A stretch of DNA of 33,264 bases from Armatimonadota bacterium (GTDB lineage Bacteria; Armatimonadota; UBA5829; DTLH01). Shown piece after piece: positions 17,786 through 26,328 of the stretch. Numbering within the stretch: the stretch's first letter is position 1; the number at the start of each line of letters is the position of its first letter. The notes below the pieces were generated by a model, which saw nothing but the letters and a program-made list of their open reading frames with translations, was not told the origin of the DNA and ran no database searches. The DNA lies in contig JBDKUN010000012.1 in assembly GCA_039679675.1 (NCBI GenBank), positions 1-33,264 of the forward strand, written 5' to 3'. Position numbers and translations under genes: made by a program.

Positions 17786-18139
17786 CTATCCTTCCGGTGT
17801 CCTTTCTTCCTGCTCTATCTCAATTGTAGCTCTGCTGATAATCGCGGCTGCAAGCCCGACGATAACTGCCGCTGCAGCGGTGAGCGCAACAGGATATTCC
17901 CCTACCGTTCTGCCCCCGAACTTCAAGCGGAGCTTATTCACGGTCCCGGAATCCATAATTCTCTGCACATCGTCCAAAAGCTCGATACCTACGGACAACA
18001 GATCGCCTTTGCCTTTTTCGAGGTTGACTAATGCCTGGACTACATCACCGTCGGACTCCGCCAGCGCTTGCCTGGCATCTTCGTAACTTACGTCCAACCT
18101 GCTCCGTATAGCATCCAGCTTTTCGAGCTGAGTCTCCAT
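17786..18139 (-). CDS. UBA-like/DUF4342-like protein
   Basis: VSYEDARQALAESDGDVVQALVNLE UBA-like start; C-terminal hydrophobic stretch; SD GGGGTGA. Confidence 0.7.
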   Translation of the reverse strand: METQLEKLDAIRSRLDVSYEDARQALAESDGDVVQALVNLEKGKGDLLSVGIELLDDVQRIMDSGTVNKLRLKFGGRTVGEYPVALTAAAAVIVGLAAAIISRATIEIEQEERTPEG

Positions 18140-18160
18140 AATGCATTCACCCCCGCGCAG

Positions 18161-18190
18161 ATTATAACCGATTCAAAGTGCCATTGACAA
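18161..18190 (-). promoter_or_regulatory. Putative promoter for the DUF4342-sigH unit
   Basis: TTGTCA-N18-TATAAT. Confidence 0.55.
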
Positions 18191-18345
18191 CAGATTCCAG
18201 AGCTTGTTTGACAAAAAGATGCGATTATTTTCTGTAATTATCCCTTTTAGCCCCGATTTCGGGGAGGAATTCCAGTTTGGGGTGTCGAAATGTACTGTTT
18301 AATCCCGCGAGTCTTATTGTAGTCAGATAGCACTGCCATACTTTT

Positions 18346-18708
18346 CTATCGTTGATCAGGCAATTGAGTCATGCGTATCCGATCATCCTCGACTACAGAA
18401 AAGTGACCAGCCCAATCAGAGCGACTTTCCAATGCCTGCACGGCTTTCAAGATTAATGCTGATGGCTCTGAAATAGAAATACGAAAAAGTATCACACCGG
18501 ATGATGCCGACAGTCCTGCATGAAAAGCCAGTTCACCAAAGTCTTTGTCAAAAGTAATAAGAATGCGCTCTTCCAGAACAGCTCTAGACAATACATCCTT
18601 ATCTGCAATACCTGGTGAATCGGTTTGAATCCAAACGACATCATGGCCGCGAGACATTAAAGCCGCAACTGCGCTTCCCGGAAAATTCTCATCAGCTAAT
18701 ATGCGCAT
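18346..18708 (-). CDS. DUF5615 PIN-like protein (VapC45-type toxin)
   Basis: MRILADENFP, GHDV, RILITFDKDFGEL, GVILFR. Confidence 0.9.
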   Translation of the reverse strand: MRILADENFPGSAVAALMSRGHDVVWIQTDSPGIADKDVLSRAVLEERILITFDKDFGELAFHAGLSASSGVILFRISISEPSALILKAVQALESRSDWAGHFSVVEDDRIRMTQLPDQR

Positions 18709-18711
18709 CGT

Positions 18712-18942
18712 TCAAGCACTCATCGGATAGATCTTTTCAGAATGAAGTCTCTCGCTGGCATACGCTAAACAAGCCAATACGTCTTCATGCGATAAGCCAG
18801 GATAGTTATTCAAAATATCATCCTCGTTCCATCCCTGAGCCATAAGGTCAAGGATAAACTCCACAGCCAGCCGCGTGCCCTTTATGACCGGCTTTCCAAC
18901 CAATATATCCGGATCTACCGTTATACGGTCTTGCCATTTCAT
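18712..18942 (-). CDS. DUF433 protein (putative antitoxin)
   Basis: RITVDPDILVGKPVIKGTRLAVEFIL..YPGL..DVLACLAYA; SD AGGAG. Confidence 0.92.
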   Translation of the reverse strand: MKWQDRITVDPDILVGKPVIKGTRLAVEFILDLMAQGWNEDDILNNYPGLSHEDVLACLAYASERLHSEKIYPMSA

Positions 18943-18956
18943 AAGCAACTCCTATA

Positions 18957-20129
18957 TCAATCTTGCTTCTTTACCGTCGCTACCGCATAGCAGGCCGCGC
19001 CAGAGCCGGCTCCGATGTCACCTAGCTTCTCAGCTGTAGTCGCTTTGATGCTTACCCTGTCAGGATCGACACCAATCGCCGCAGCTATTTTCCCCTGCAT
19101 CTCAGGCACTCGCGCCGCGATCTTCGGGCGCTCCGCCACGAGTGTTGCATCCACATTAACAGTTGACCAGCCTGCGTCTTTCAAGACCGATGCAACCTGC
19201 TCAAGAAGCAACAGACTCGATATGCCGCGGTACTTCTCATCGGTATCAGGAAAGTGCCTGCCGATATCACCGAGCGCCGCAGCGCCCAAAATCGCATCGG
19301 AGATCGCATGAAGTATAACATCTGCGTCCGAATGTCCCTTGAGCCCGTCTTCGCCGTGGAACTCCACTCCACCGAGCATCAGTTTTCTACCCTCCTCGAA
19401 CCTGTGTATATCGTAGCCGAAACCCGTCCTTGTCTCCACAGGCGGTTTGCCTCCAAGCCTCATCTCGACATATTCCAGATCGAGAGGAGTAGTCACTTTG
19501 ATATTGTCATAGGCCCCTTGAACGAGCTTGACCGGATGCCCCAGCCGCTCTACGAGCGATGCGTCGTCTGTACCGAGAAAACCGTCGGCCCTCGCCTGCC
19601 GGTAGGCCTCAATAAGCAGGGATTTTTCGAATGTTTGGGGAGTCTGGATGCTCCATAGAGTGCTTCTGTCCGGTGTAGCAGTCACTATACCATCCGTTCC
19701 GGCCATCTTGATGGTATCTACGACAGGTACAGCCGCCACAGCTGCTCCCATTTCCCGCGCCGTCTCGATAGCCGCTCTGATAGTTTCCTGTCGCACGAGC
19801 GGACGTGCGCCGTCATGGACTGCGACGATGCTCGTCGAGGGGTCGAGCGCGAGAAGCCCGCGTTCGACTGATTCCTGGCGGTGGCCGCCTCCGGCGACCA
19901 CCGCTCTCAGTTTATGTATGCCGTATCTTTCCGCTATCTCACGAGCATAATCGATCTCGTGTCCGGCGACTACAAGCACTATGTCGTCGACAAGCCCGCA
20001 CAGCTCGAATGCACTGAGCGTGTGGGCCAGAAGCGGTTTACCGGCGGCATGGGCGAACACTTTGTTCGATCCCTTACCGAATCTTTTTCCTCGGCCTGCC
20101 GCCGGAATAACTGCGGATATTCCGGTCAA
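18957..20129 (-). CDS. ispDF: Bifunctional IspD/IspF
   Basis: [32 protein letters not shown]; then [29 protein letters not shown]. Confidence 0.96.
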   Translation of the reverse strand: MTGISAVIPAAGRGKRFGKGSNKVFAHAAGKPLLAHTLSAFELCGLVDDIVLVVAGHEIDYAREIAERYGIHKLRAVVAGGGHRQESVERGLLALDPSTSIVAVHDGARPLVRQETIRAAIETAREMGAAVAAVPVVDTIKMAGTDGIVTATPDRSTLWSIQTPQTFEKSLLIEAYRQARADGFLGTDDASLVERLGHPVKLVQGAYDNIKVTTPLDLEYVEMRLGGKPPVETRTGFGYDIHRFEEGRKLMLGGVEFHGEDGLKGHSDADVILHAISDAILGAAALGDIGRHFPDTDEKYRGISSLLLLEQVASVLKDAGWSTVNVDATLVAERPKIAARVPEMQGKIAAAIGVDPDRVSIKATTAEKLGDIGAGSGAACYAVATVKKQD

Positions 20130-21246
20130 TCGTTGAATCCTCTTCAGGTTGGTCGTTAGTCAAGTTCGCGAAGATCATCTTCCCCGCCGCGGTCTGAAGG
20201 ACGCTCGTGACCATAACGTCTACAGTAGCTCCTACCTGGTTTCTGCCGCCTTCGACGACTATCATCGTACCATCGTCGAGATAGCCTACTCCCTGGTTCT
20301 GCTCCTTGCCTTCCTTGATGATCATCGTGGTCATCACTTCGCCGGGTAAAACGACCGGCTTCAGAGCATTTGCAAGCTCGTTGACATTCAGTACCTTGAT
20401 GCCGTGAAGCCCTGCGACCTTATTCAGATTATAATCGTTTGTAACAATGACTCCACCAAGATCTTTGGCGAGTTCGACGAGTTTTGCATCGACTTCATCG
20501 GGATAATTATTGCCGTTACCCCCGTCGTAGGTCTCGATCTGCAGACTCATTTCCTGCTGCATCTGGTTTAAAATGTCGAGTCCTCTTCGTCCACGTGCGC
20601 GCTTCAATGAATCACTGGAATCAGCTATCTGTTGAAGCTCCTCCAGCACGAATCTGGGAATATAAATTGGTCCATCTACGAATCCAGCTTTACAAATGTC
20701 GGCAATACGCCCATCTATGATGACATTGGTATCCAGAATTTTAGGTCTGAATGCATGTGACGATTGGATCTTGTTCGGCATCGGAGCACCCGGAAAATAA
20801 AGCCGGATCTGCTCCGTCATGGACAATGTAGCCGTAACACCTATATAACAGAAGAAAACCGCAATAGCCAGATTGGCCACTGTCGGAAGCTGCAGGCTGA
20901 TACTGATGAGTACTGTCAGGAGCAGCCCGATAAGAAGACCGGCTACTACAGCAATCTTGTCCTGAACAGACATCGTCTCTATCCCGCGCCTCAAGCGCTG
21001 CAGCTCGGCATAAAGCACTGTCGATGTAAGAAACCCCACGAGCATCCCACCTATGGCAAAAGCCGATGTGGCAAGAATGCGCTCTACCTTACTGAGTGGG
21101 TCTAAAGCGCTGACATCCATCCAGAAAAACCGCCCGTTTGGCATCCCAAGGTTTCTGACATAGATACCTGCAAACCACGCTCCTATTGCTGCACCGGCTA
21201 CCATGAATACTAAGGTAAATAAAGTCCAGAATGTTCGTTTTCGCAT
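20074..21246 (-). CDS. PIN/TRAM-domain membrane protein (YacL-like)
   Basis: 4 TMs, [58 protein letters not shown]. Confidence 0.93.
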   Translation of the reverse strand: MRKRTFWTLFTLVFMVAGAAIGAWFAGIYVRNLGMPNGRFFWMDVSALDPLSKVERILATSAFAIGGMLVGFLTSTVLYAELQRLRRGIETMSVQDKIAVVAGLLIGLLLTVLISISLQLPTVANLAIAVFFCYIGVTATLSMTEQIRLYFPGAPMPNKIQSSHAFRPKILDTNVIIDGRIADICKAGFVDGPIYIPRFVLEELQQIADSSDSLKRARGRRGLDILNQMQQEMSLQIETYDGGNGNNYPDEVDAKLVELAKDLGGVIVTNDYNLNKVAGLHGIKVLNVNELANALKPVVLPGEVMTTMIIKEGKEQNQGVGYLDDGTMIVVEGGRNQVGATVDVMVTSVLQTAAGKMIFANLTNDQPEEDSTIDRNIRSYSGGRPRKKIR

Positions 21247-21304
21247 ATCCGTATCTCACCTCCTTTCATAAGCTCCTAGACGTGGTGTTAATAAAACAAT
21301 ACCC

Positions 21305-21333
21305 AATGTACACCAAGCCTCTGCTTTTTTCAA
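21305..21333 (-). promoter_or_regulatory. Putative sigma70 promoter for PIN/TRAM-ispDF
   Basis: TTGAAA-N17-TACATT. Confidence 0.55.
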
Positions 21334-21347
21334 TTCTTTTATAATAG

Positions 21348-23435
21348 CTAGCCGCCGGGCACTAAAACAGCATAGTTCGCATCCACAGACCGCTCGAATG
21401 TGCCAGTCACGCGGCGTCCGCCGAGTAAAAACGACTTGTTGGCAGGATTTCTGGTGCATTTTACGGTTATTTTTCCGTTCACCGCCGTAATCGTCAGCTC
21501 TGCGCCGTGATATGTGAGCCCCTGGACTCCTACCTGGGTCAAAGCAGCAGGAATCTTCGGCTCGATCACGAGTCCATCCGGCGCAGCATCGACTCCAAGG
21601 AACCCATAAAGGAATGACAGCGGTACAAGCGCAGTCTCGACGAACTCGGAGTCTATTCCGAGCGCACCTGGCCTATCTCCGCCCTGCATTATGCCGCGGC
21701 CGGGCTTCGCGTAATAGGCCCGGTAACCGCCAGCATCCTGAACCTCTTCATACCAGCTCAGGATCTGGAGCAGCCTTGAGTATGCGTCATCTGCGCTCTT
21801 GTACTTTATGCGGTCCATGATGTCATAGAACGAGATGTATGCCGCTGTGCCGCCGTCCTGCACCTGCTCGCCCCATTTGCCGCTCTTCCACATCCAGAAA
21901 TACCAATCCTTGTTCTGCTGGGTCGTAGCACGTGGCGCAAACCGCCAGTGGTATATGTCTTTTCCAGTGCTGGTATCCCCATTTATCACCCGCTCTCCAT
22001 CGAGCCAGGAGTAGATGCTTTTCGCTTTATCAGGGTCCCCAAGGCCGTAATAAAGTGCTTCCAGGTTCAGATATACGAAGCCGTAATCGTGGCGTTTGCC
22101 TGCTATGTCCTGACAGCCGATAAACCGGCCCTTAGCGGCGTCCCAGAAGAAATTGCCCGCCTTTTTCGCCACTGCATCAGCCTGAGTCTTGAATGATGCT
22201 CCGTCTTCGTTGTAAGGATTCGACTTGATCTTCAATTTGAGCGCCGCATCCTCGATATCCGACATGGCGTTAAGCGCGGCAACGTAATAGGCATTAGTAT
22301 ATGCGCTTCTGTTTCCCATCGGCAGAAGGTCCCAATAATCGCTGCCCAGCCCATAGCCAGGCCGGACCTTGGGCGACACGCCGGATGTGCCGTCATGTCC
22401 CCAGTATGGTATAACTACCATGCCTTCGGTATCGCCTCTCAATTGCACCCTCAGATAATGCGCCGCGGCCCTGATGCGGTCGATGTTTTTCCTGAGAAAA
22501 TCATCATCACCCGTCCAGAGGTAGTAGCGGCGGCAGGCGAGTATGAAACTAGTGTTATTGACCGCCTGCCGGGTGTCGTAAGCGCAGTGAATCCGGTCGA
22601 GTGTAACATTGAACCCGTCCTCCGGCACATTGACCAGCGGCCTGAACCTGAGCCCGGTGATCTTTCCCTTCCATCCCGGCTGCTGGTATACCGCGAAGTA
22701 ATAGATCGACGGCTGAACGGAGGATCTGGATGTGAACTCGATGCGGTTGTCTTCGGACCAGTTCGGCTCCTTGTCGGTAGTCCACTCAAGCGCGGCAGGC
22801 CCGGAGACCGTTGAGCTGAACTGAATAATAAGATAAGGCGATTGATAGGCGTCTATTGAAAGGTCCTGCGCTTCGATACACGCGCCGGGTTCCGTCATCA
22901 TCATTTTCCACGTTCCGTCATCGCCGATAGTAAGTGTGGCGCCGCCATCGAGTGTCCATCCGTCCTGCCCTACATCCGGGCTGTCCCAGTCCCAGCCTTT
23001 GGTCTGTCCGCCGCTGTTTTTATAGGTTGGGAACGGCCACCCCATCTTGTCCTGGTAATCCGGCCCGGCGTAAGTAAAGACATAACCGTCGGAATCCATT
23101 TGCACCCTGAGAAGGAAGTCCTTGAGGTCGGCATTATAGTCGCGTCCATTGGCTTTATTGATGGATGTGTCCATCCAGAGTGTCGTAAGCGCATTCCACT
23201 CGCGCCAGAACGTCTGCTGATCGCCCGTATAAGCTCCCGGCCCCGGCAGGGCACTCCAATGCCGCAGGAAAAAATCGTTCAACAGATAATTATGCTCCAG
23301 ATCCGATGAAAAGAACCTGGGAAATGCCAAGCCAGGTGTGGGCAAAAACCATGGCTTACTCAGGTTTTCTGCCTGTGCAACGCCGGCAAGCGTCACTACC
23401 AGGCACATGACTTCCAACCAATGCCTCATAATCAC
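21348..23435 (-). CDS. Secreted (alpha/alpha)6-barrel glycoside hydrolase-like protein
   Basis: Signal peptide; YYLWTGDDDFL, DYWD, YTNAYY, FWD..GRF; GH65-C-like tail LVIEPKIP..GLTYHG; inserted beta-rich module. Confidence 0.65.
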   Translation of the reverse strand: MIMRHWLEVMCLVVTLAGVAQAENLSKPWFLPTPGLAFPRFFSSDLEHNYLLNDFFLRHWSALPGPGAYTGDQQTFWREWNALTTLWMDTSINKANGRDYNADLKDFLLRVQMDSDGYVFTYAGPDYQDKMGWPFPTYKNSGGQTKGWDWDSPDVGQDGWTLDGGATLTIGDDGTWKMMMTEPGACIEAQDLSIDAYQSPYLIIQFSSTVSGPAALEWTTDKEPNWSEDNRIEFTSRSSVQPSIYYFAVYQQPGWKGKITGLRFRPLVNVPEDGFNVTLDRIHCAYDTRQAVNNTSFILACRRYYLWTGDDDFLRKNIDRIRAAAHYLRVQLRGDTEGMVVIPYWGHDGTSGVSPKVRPGYGLGSDYWDLLPMGNRSAYTNAYYVAALNAMSDIEDAALKLKIKSNPYNEDGASFKTQADAVAKKAGNFFWDAAKGRFIGCQDIAGKRHDYGFVYLNLEALYYGLGDPDKAKSIYSWLDGERVINGDTSTGKDIYHWRFAPRATTQQNKDWYFWMWKSGKWGEQVQDGGTAAYISFYDIMDRIKYKSADDAYSRLLQILSWYEEVQDAGGYRAYYAKPGRGIMQGGDRPGALGIDSEFVETALVPLSFLYGFLGVDAAPDGLVIEPKIPAALTQVGVQGLTYHGAELTITAVNGKITVKCTRNPANKSFLLGGRRVTGTFERSVDANYAVLVPGG

Positions 23436-25186
23436 TGACGTCCTTTCAACAACTCGAACTCTTTCCTTGCTTTTTTGTTCTTTGGGTTTATCTTCAAGCC
23501 ATTCTCATATTCAAGGAGCGCTTCTTTAGTGTCTTTGTTCCTTGCCAGAGCCCTTGCAAGGTTGAACCTGATCCTCGCGTTGTTCGGCTTTAGCTGAACA
23601 GCCTTTCTAAATGACTTCACCGCAGCTGTATAGTCTTTCATGGACGCAAGTGCTATTCCAAGGTCATTGTACGCAACCGCATCATTTGGCCTGAGTTTCA
23701 AAAGTTCTTTTAGTACTCTCGATTCGGATCTAAAATCGCCTAATCGGGAGTATGCGACCGCGAGTTTTGCGCGTGATGCCTCATCTTTTCGGTCGTTCTT
23801 TATTACAGACTCATATTCACTGGCAGCCCGTTTGAAATCACCGGCTTCGGAGTATGTATCACCTGCGTAAAGATGGATAATACCGAACCTCGGTCCAAGC
23901 TGGAGCATCCTTGTCACGAGCGCCCTATTGTTCGACCACAGTGGAGCCCCTCCATAGGTCTGCAGGGCACAATAGAGCAGCACACCCGCCACACTTGCGG
24001 CGGAAAGCAACGGCCAGACGTCTGCGAGCGGTTTAGGACGGACTGAGAGAATGCGGCTGAACAAAAGCCCGAAGAGGAAACTGAACCCTACTGACGGCAG
24101 ATATAAAAACCGCTCACATAAAAACGGCCATGGCAGCCGGATGATATTTGACACCGGGAGCAGCGCAAGTATCATCCATATAATGCAAAAACTCACTATG
24201 CCGGACCTGCGCTTTCCCGACAGTGCGTATATCAGCAGCCCTGCTATCACTGCCCAGCCAGCTGCGACCAGAGCAAAACTTGCAAATGTGTATTGGATAA
24301 AATCATGCAGCGGTTGTGCAATTTGCGGAACAAACAGTATTTTCAGATACCACATCATCGCCGTCGGAGCGATACAGATCCTGTACCACAAGGGCAGGTC
24401 AGTATTCATCCCCATTATGATCACATGGCCGAGTACGAGCCGCCTGACGACAAAATATGCAGCAGCTATAGCCAGAAACGGTATGACCCTGACGACAGCG
24501 CTTCGCCCGGAGCGTTTTCTGAAGAACGAATCCAGGACAAACATCATAAGAGGGACAACTATGACGACCTCTTTGCTCAACAGCCCTGTCAGAAAGAGGA
24601 CTGCGGCAGCGATATACCACCTGCGGTTGCCGCCAGCCAGATACTTGTCGTATGCGATCAAAGCTGAAAGGGCGAAAATGGCGGCTAAGATGTCTGTTCT
24701 TCCCGCTATCCAGGCTACACTCTCTGTATGAGCAGGATGGACTGCAAATATCAGCCCCGCCAGAAGTGCTGCCCTGGTATTTTTCATCAGGCGCCTGCCC
24801 AGCACGAACACCAGAAGCACTGCTATGATGTGAAACAGCAGGTTCGTGATTCTGTAGGCTGTGGGGCTCTGGCCGGACATCGCATAGTTTATAATATAAG
24901 ATACTGTCACTATTGGACGGTAGTAATTGCTCTTCATACTGCTGCCGAAGAAATGCAGCGTGAATGCCTTCGGTATATTGAGCAGGCTGTGGGCCGTTTT
25001 GTCCGTGCAGATGAGGTCTTTATCATCCATCATCAGTTCTCCCCCGAGAGAGAACATATAAGGGATGGCTGCCGCTAGCACAAGCAGCACCAGGCACACG
25101 ATCAGTCCGGTCCTAGACCTTCCCTGTGCTTCTTCCAACTGCTCAGGCTCCGCTATTTTTTGCTTCTTTTGTTTCTGACTTGACAT
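23432..25186 (-). CDS. TMTC-like GT-C membrane glycosyltransferase with C-terminal TPRs
   Basis: MDD loop, YYRP, HPAHTESVAWIAGRTDIL, LLSKE, ERFLYLPSVG, TPR repeats (AYNDLGIAL..A..F..A). Confidence 0.85.
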   Translation of the reverse strand: MSSQKQKKQKIAEPEQLEEAQGRSRTGLIVCLVLLVLAAAIPYMFSLGGELMMDDKDLICTDKTAHSLLNIPKAFTLHFFGSSMKSNYYRPIVTVSYIINYAMSGQSPTAYRITNLLFHIIAVLLVFVLGRRLMKNTRAALLAGLIFAVHPAHTESVAWIAGRTDILAAIFALSALIAYDKYLAGGNRRWYIAAAVLFLTGLLSKEVVIVVPLMMFVLDSFFRKRSGRSAVVRVIPFLAIAAAYFVVRRLVLGHVIIMGMNTDLPLWYRICIAPTAMMWYLKILFVPQIAQPLHDFIQYTFASFALVAAGWAVIAGLLIYALSGKRRSGIVSFCIIWMILALLPVSNIIRLPWPFLCERFLYLPSVGFSFLFGLLFSRILSVRPKPLADVWPLLSAASVAGVLLYCALQTYGGAPLWSNNRALVTRMLQLGPRFGIIHLYAGDTYSEAGDFKRAASEYESVIKNDRKDEASRAKLAVAYSRLGDFRSESRVLKELLKLRPNDAVAYNDLGIALASMKDYTAAVKSFRKAVQLKPNNARIRFNLARALARNKDTKEALLEYENGLKINPKNKKARKEFELLKGRQ

Positions 25187-25195
25187 TCCAACTCA

Positions 25196-25224
25196 AGTTT
25201 ACCAAACCACCGGCTAATCGGCAA
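25196..25224 (-). promoter_or_regulatory. sigma70-type promoter immediately upstream of the TMTC-like gene
   Basis: TTGCCG-N17-TAAACT with TG extension; the -10 lies 9 nt from the ATG. Confidence 0.55.
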
Positions 25225-25246
25225 GGAAAATGAAGAAAACGGGATC

Positions 25247-25274
25247 GTAACCGAAGTGTTTCGCGCGCGTCTAA
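25247..25274 (+). promoter_or_regulatory. ECF sigma-type promoter for the Spy-like gene
   Basis: GTAACC...CGTCTAA, giving AAC-N16-CGT. Confidence 0.6.
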
Positions 25275-25316
25275 ACTTTTGAAAGCCTACAAATTGTTGA
25301 ATGAGAGGTATTTTTC

Positions 25317-25982
25317 ATGTTCAGTCATACAAACAAATATGTAGTATTAGTTTTGGCTGCTTTGCTGGTCGCAGCACTGGTAGTTACTGCAGCTGTGGCA
25401 TTCCCAAGTGGAGCGAGGCCAGGCGGAAAGATGTGTCCAAAAGGCCAGTATATGCAGCAGGCTGCCGGGAAGCTCGGTTTGACGGACGCGCAGAAGACGC
25501 AGATTCAGACGATAGTCAAAAATCACCGGGATCAGATCCGACAGGTAATGCAGTCTAATCTGGCTCAGAATGAGAAGCAGGCCAGAGTGCAGGCACTCCG
25601 CAAAGATATGAAGAGCGCAATCGAGCAGGTCCTTACCCCTGAACAGCGCGAGAAAGCCAAACAGATGCGCGAACAGGTACGCAAAGAGAGGCAGCAGCGT
25701 GCACAGGAGCGCATGAAGGCTCTCGGCCTTTCTGATGAACAGGTTGCGAAGATCAAATCCATCAGAGCAGCCGGTATGGAAAAGGTAAAGGCAATCAGGG
25801 CCAATGCAAGCCTGAGTGCTCAAGAAAGAATGAGCCAGATTCAGGCAGTCCGCAAAGACACCCGTGATCAGGTGATGTCTGTTTTGACCCCTGAGCAGCG
25901 CGAGAAGCTTCAGCAGATGCACCCCCAAATGGGCCAAGGCAAAAGAGTGCAGCAGGGCGCAGCCTGTAAATTAGCTAAGTAG
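25317..25982 (+). CDS. Spy/CpxP (LTXXQ) family periplasmic protein with tandem domains
   Basis: Signal peptide; LGLTDAQ..VLTPEQREK and LGLSDEQ..VLTPEQREK. Confidence 0.85.
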   Translation: MFSHTNKYVVLVLAALLVAALVVTAAVAFPSGARPGGKMCPKGQYMQQAAGKLGLTDAQKTQIQTIVKNHRDQIRQVMQSNLAQNEKQARVQALRKDMKSAIEQVLTPEQREKAKQMREQVRKERQQRAQERMKALGLSDEQVAKIKSIRAAGMEKVKAIRANASLSAQERMSQIQAVRKDTRDQVMSVLTPEQREKLQQMHPQMGQGKRVQQGAACKLAK

Positions 25983-25997
25983 CTGTCAGTAATCAGC

Positions 25998-26306
25998 TTT
26001 TGAACCGCGGAGACGCGGAATAATTGAGAAACGCGGAAGGTGGAGACCTAAAGCATTTACAACAGGTCTCCACCAATATCTTTGGAGTACGGAAGCGGCA
26101 GCTTCCGCTTTTCTATCGGCATCCACTAATGAATGCCCTCTCCCTTGACGAGAGAGGGATAGGGTGAGGGTGAAAGATGCTGCAGATTTACAACATACCC
26201 CTCGTCCCAACCTTCTCCCGCAAGGGGAGAAGGGGCAGATCGCACAAATCTCCACCAATCCCTTTCCGCGTTTTTCGTGCTTCTTCGCGTATTTCGCGAT
26301 TCAAAA
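25998..26306. repeat. Nested cluster of palindromic intergenic repeats
   Basis: Outer imperfect IR TTTTGAACCGCG/CGCGATTCAAAA; hairpin 26039-26074; REP-like 26081-26112; CCCTCTCCC..GAGAGGG-type pair 26136-26235. Confidence 0.75.
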
Positions 26307-26328
26307 ACTAAAAAGATGACAGCTAAAT

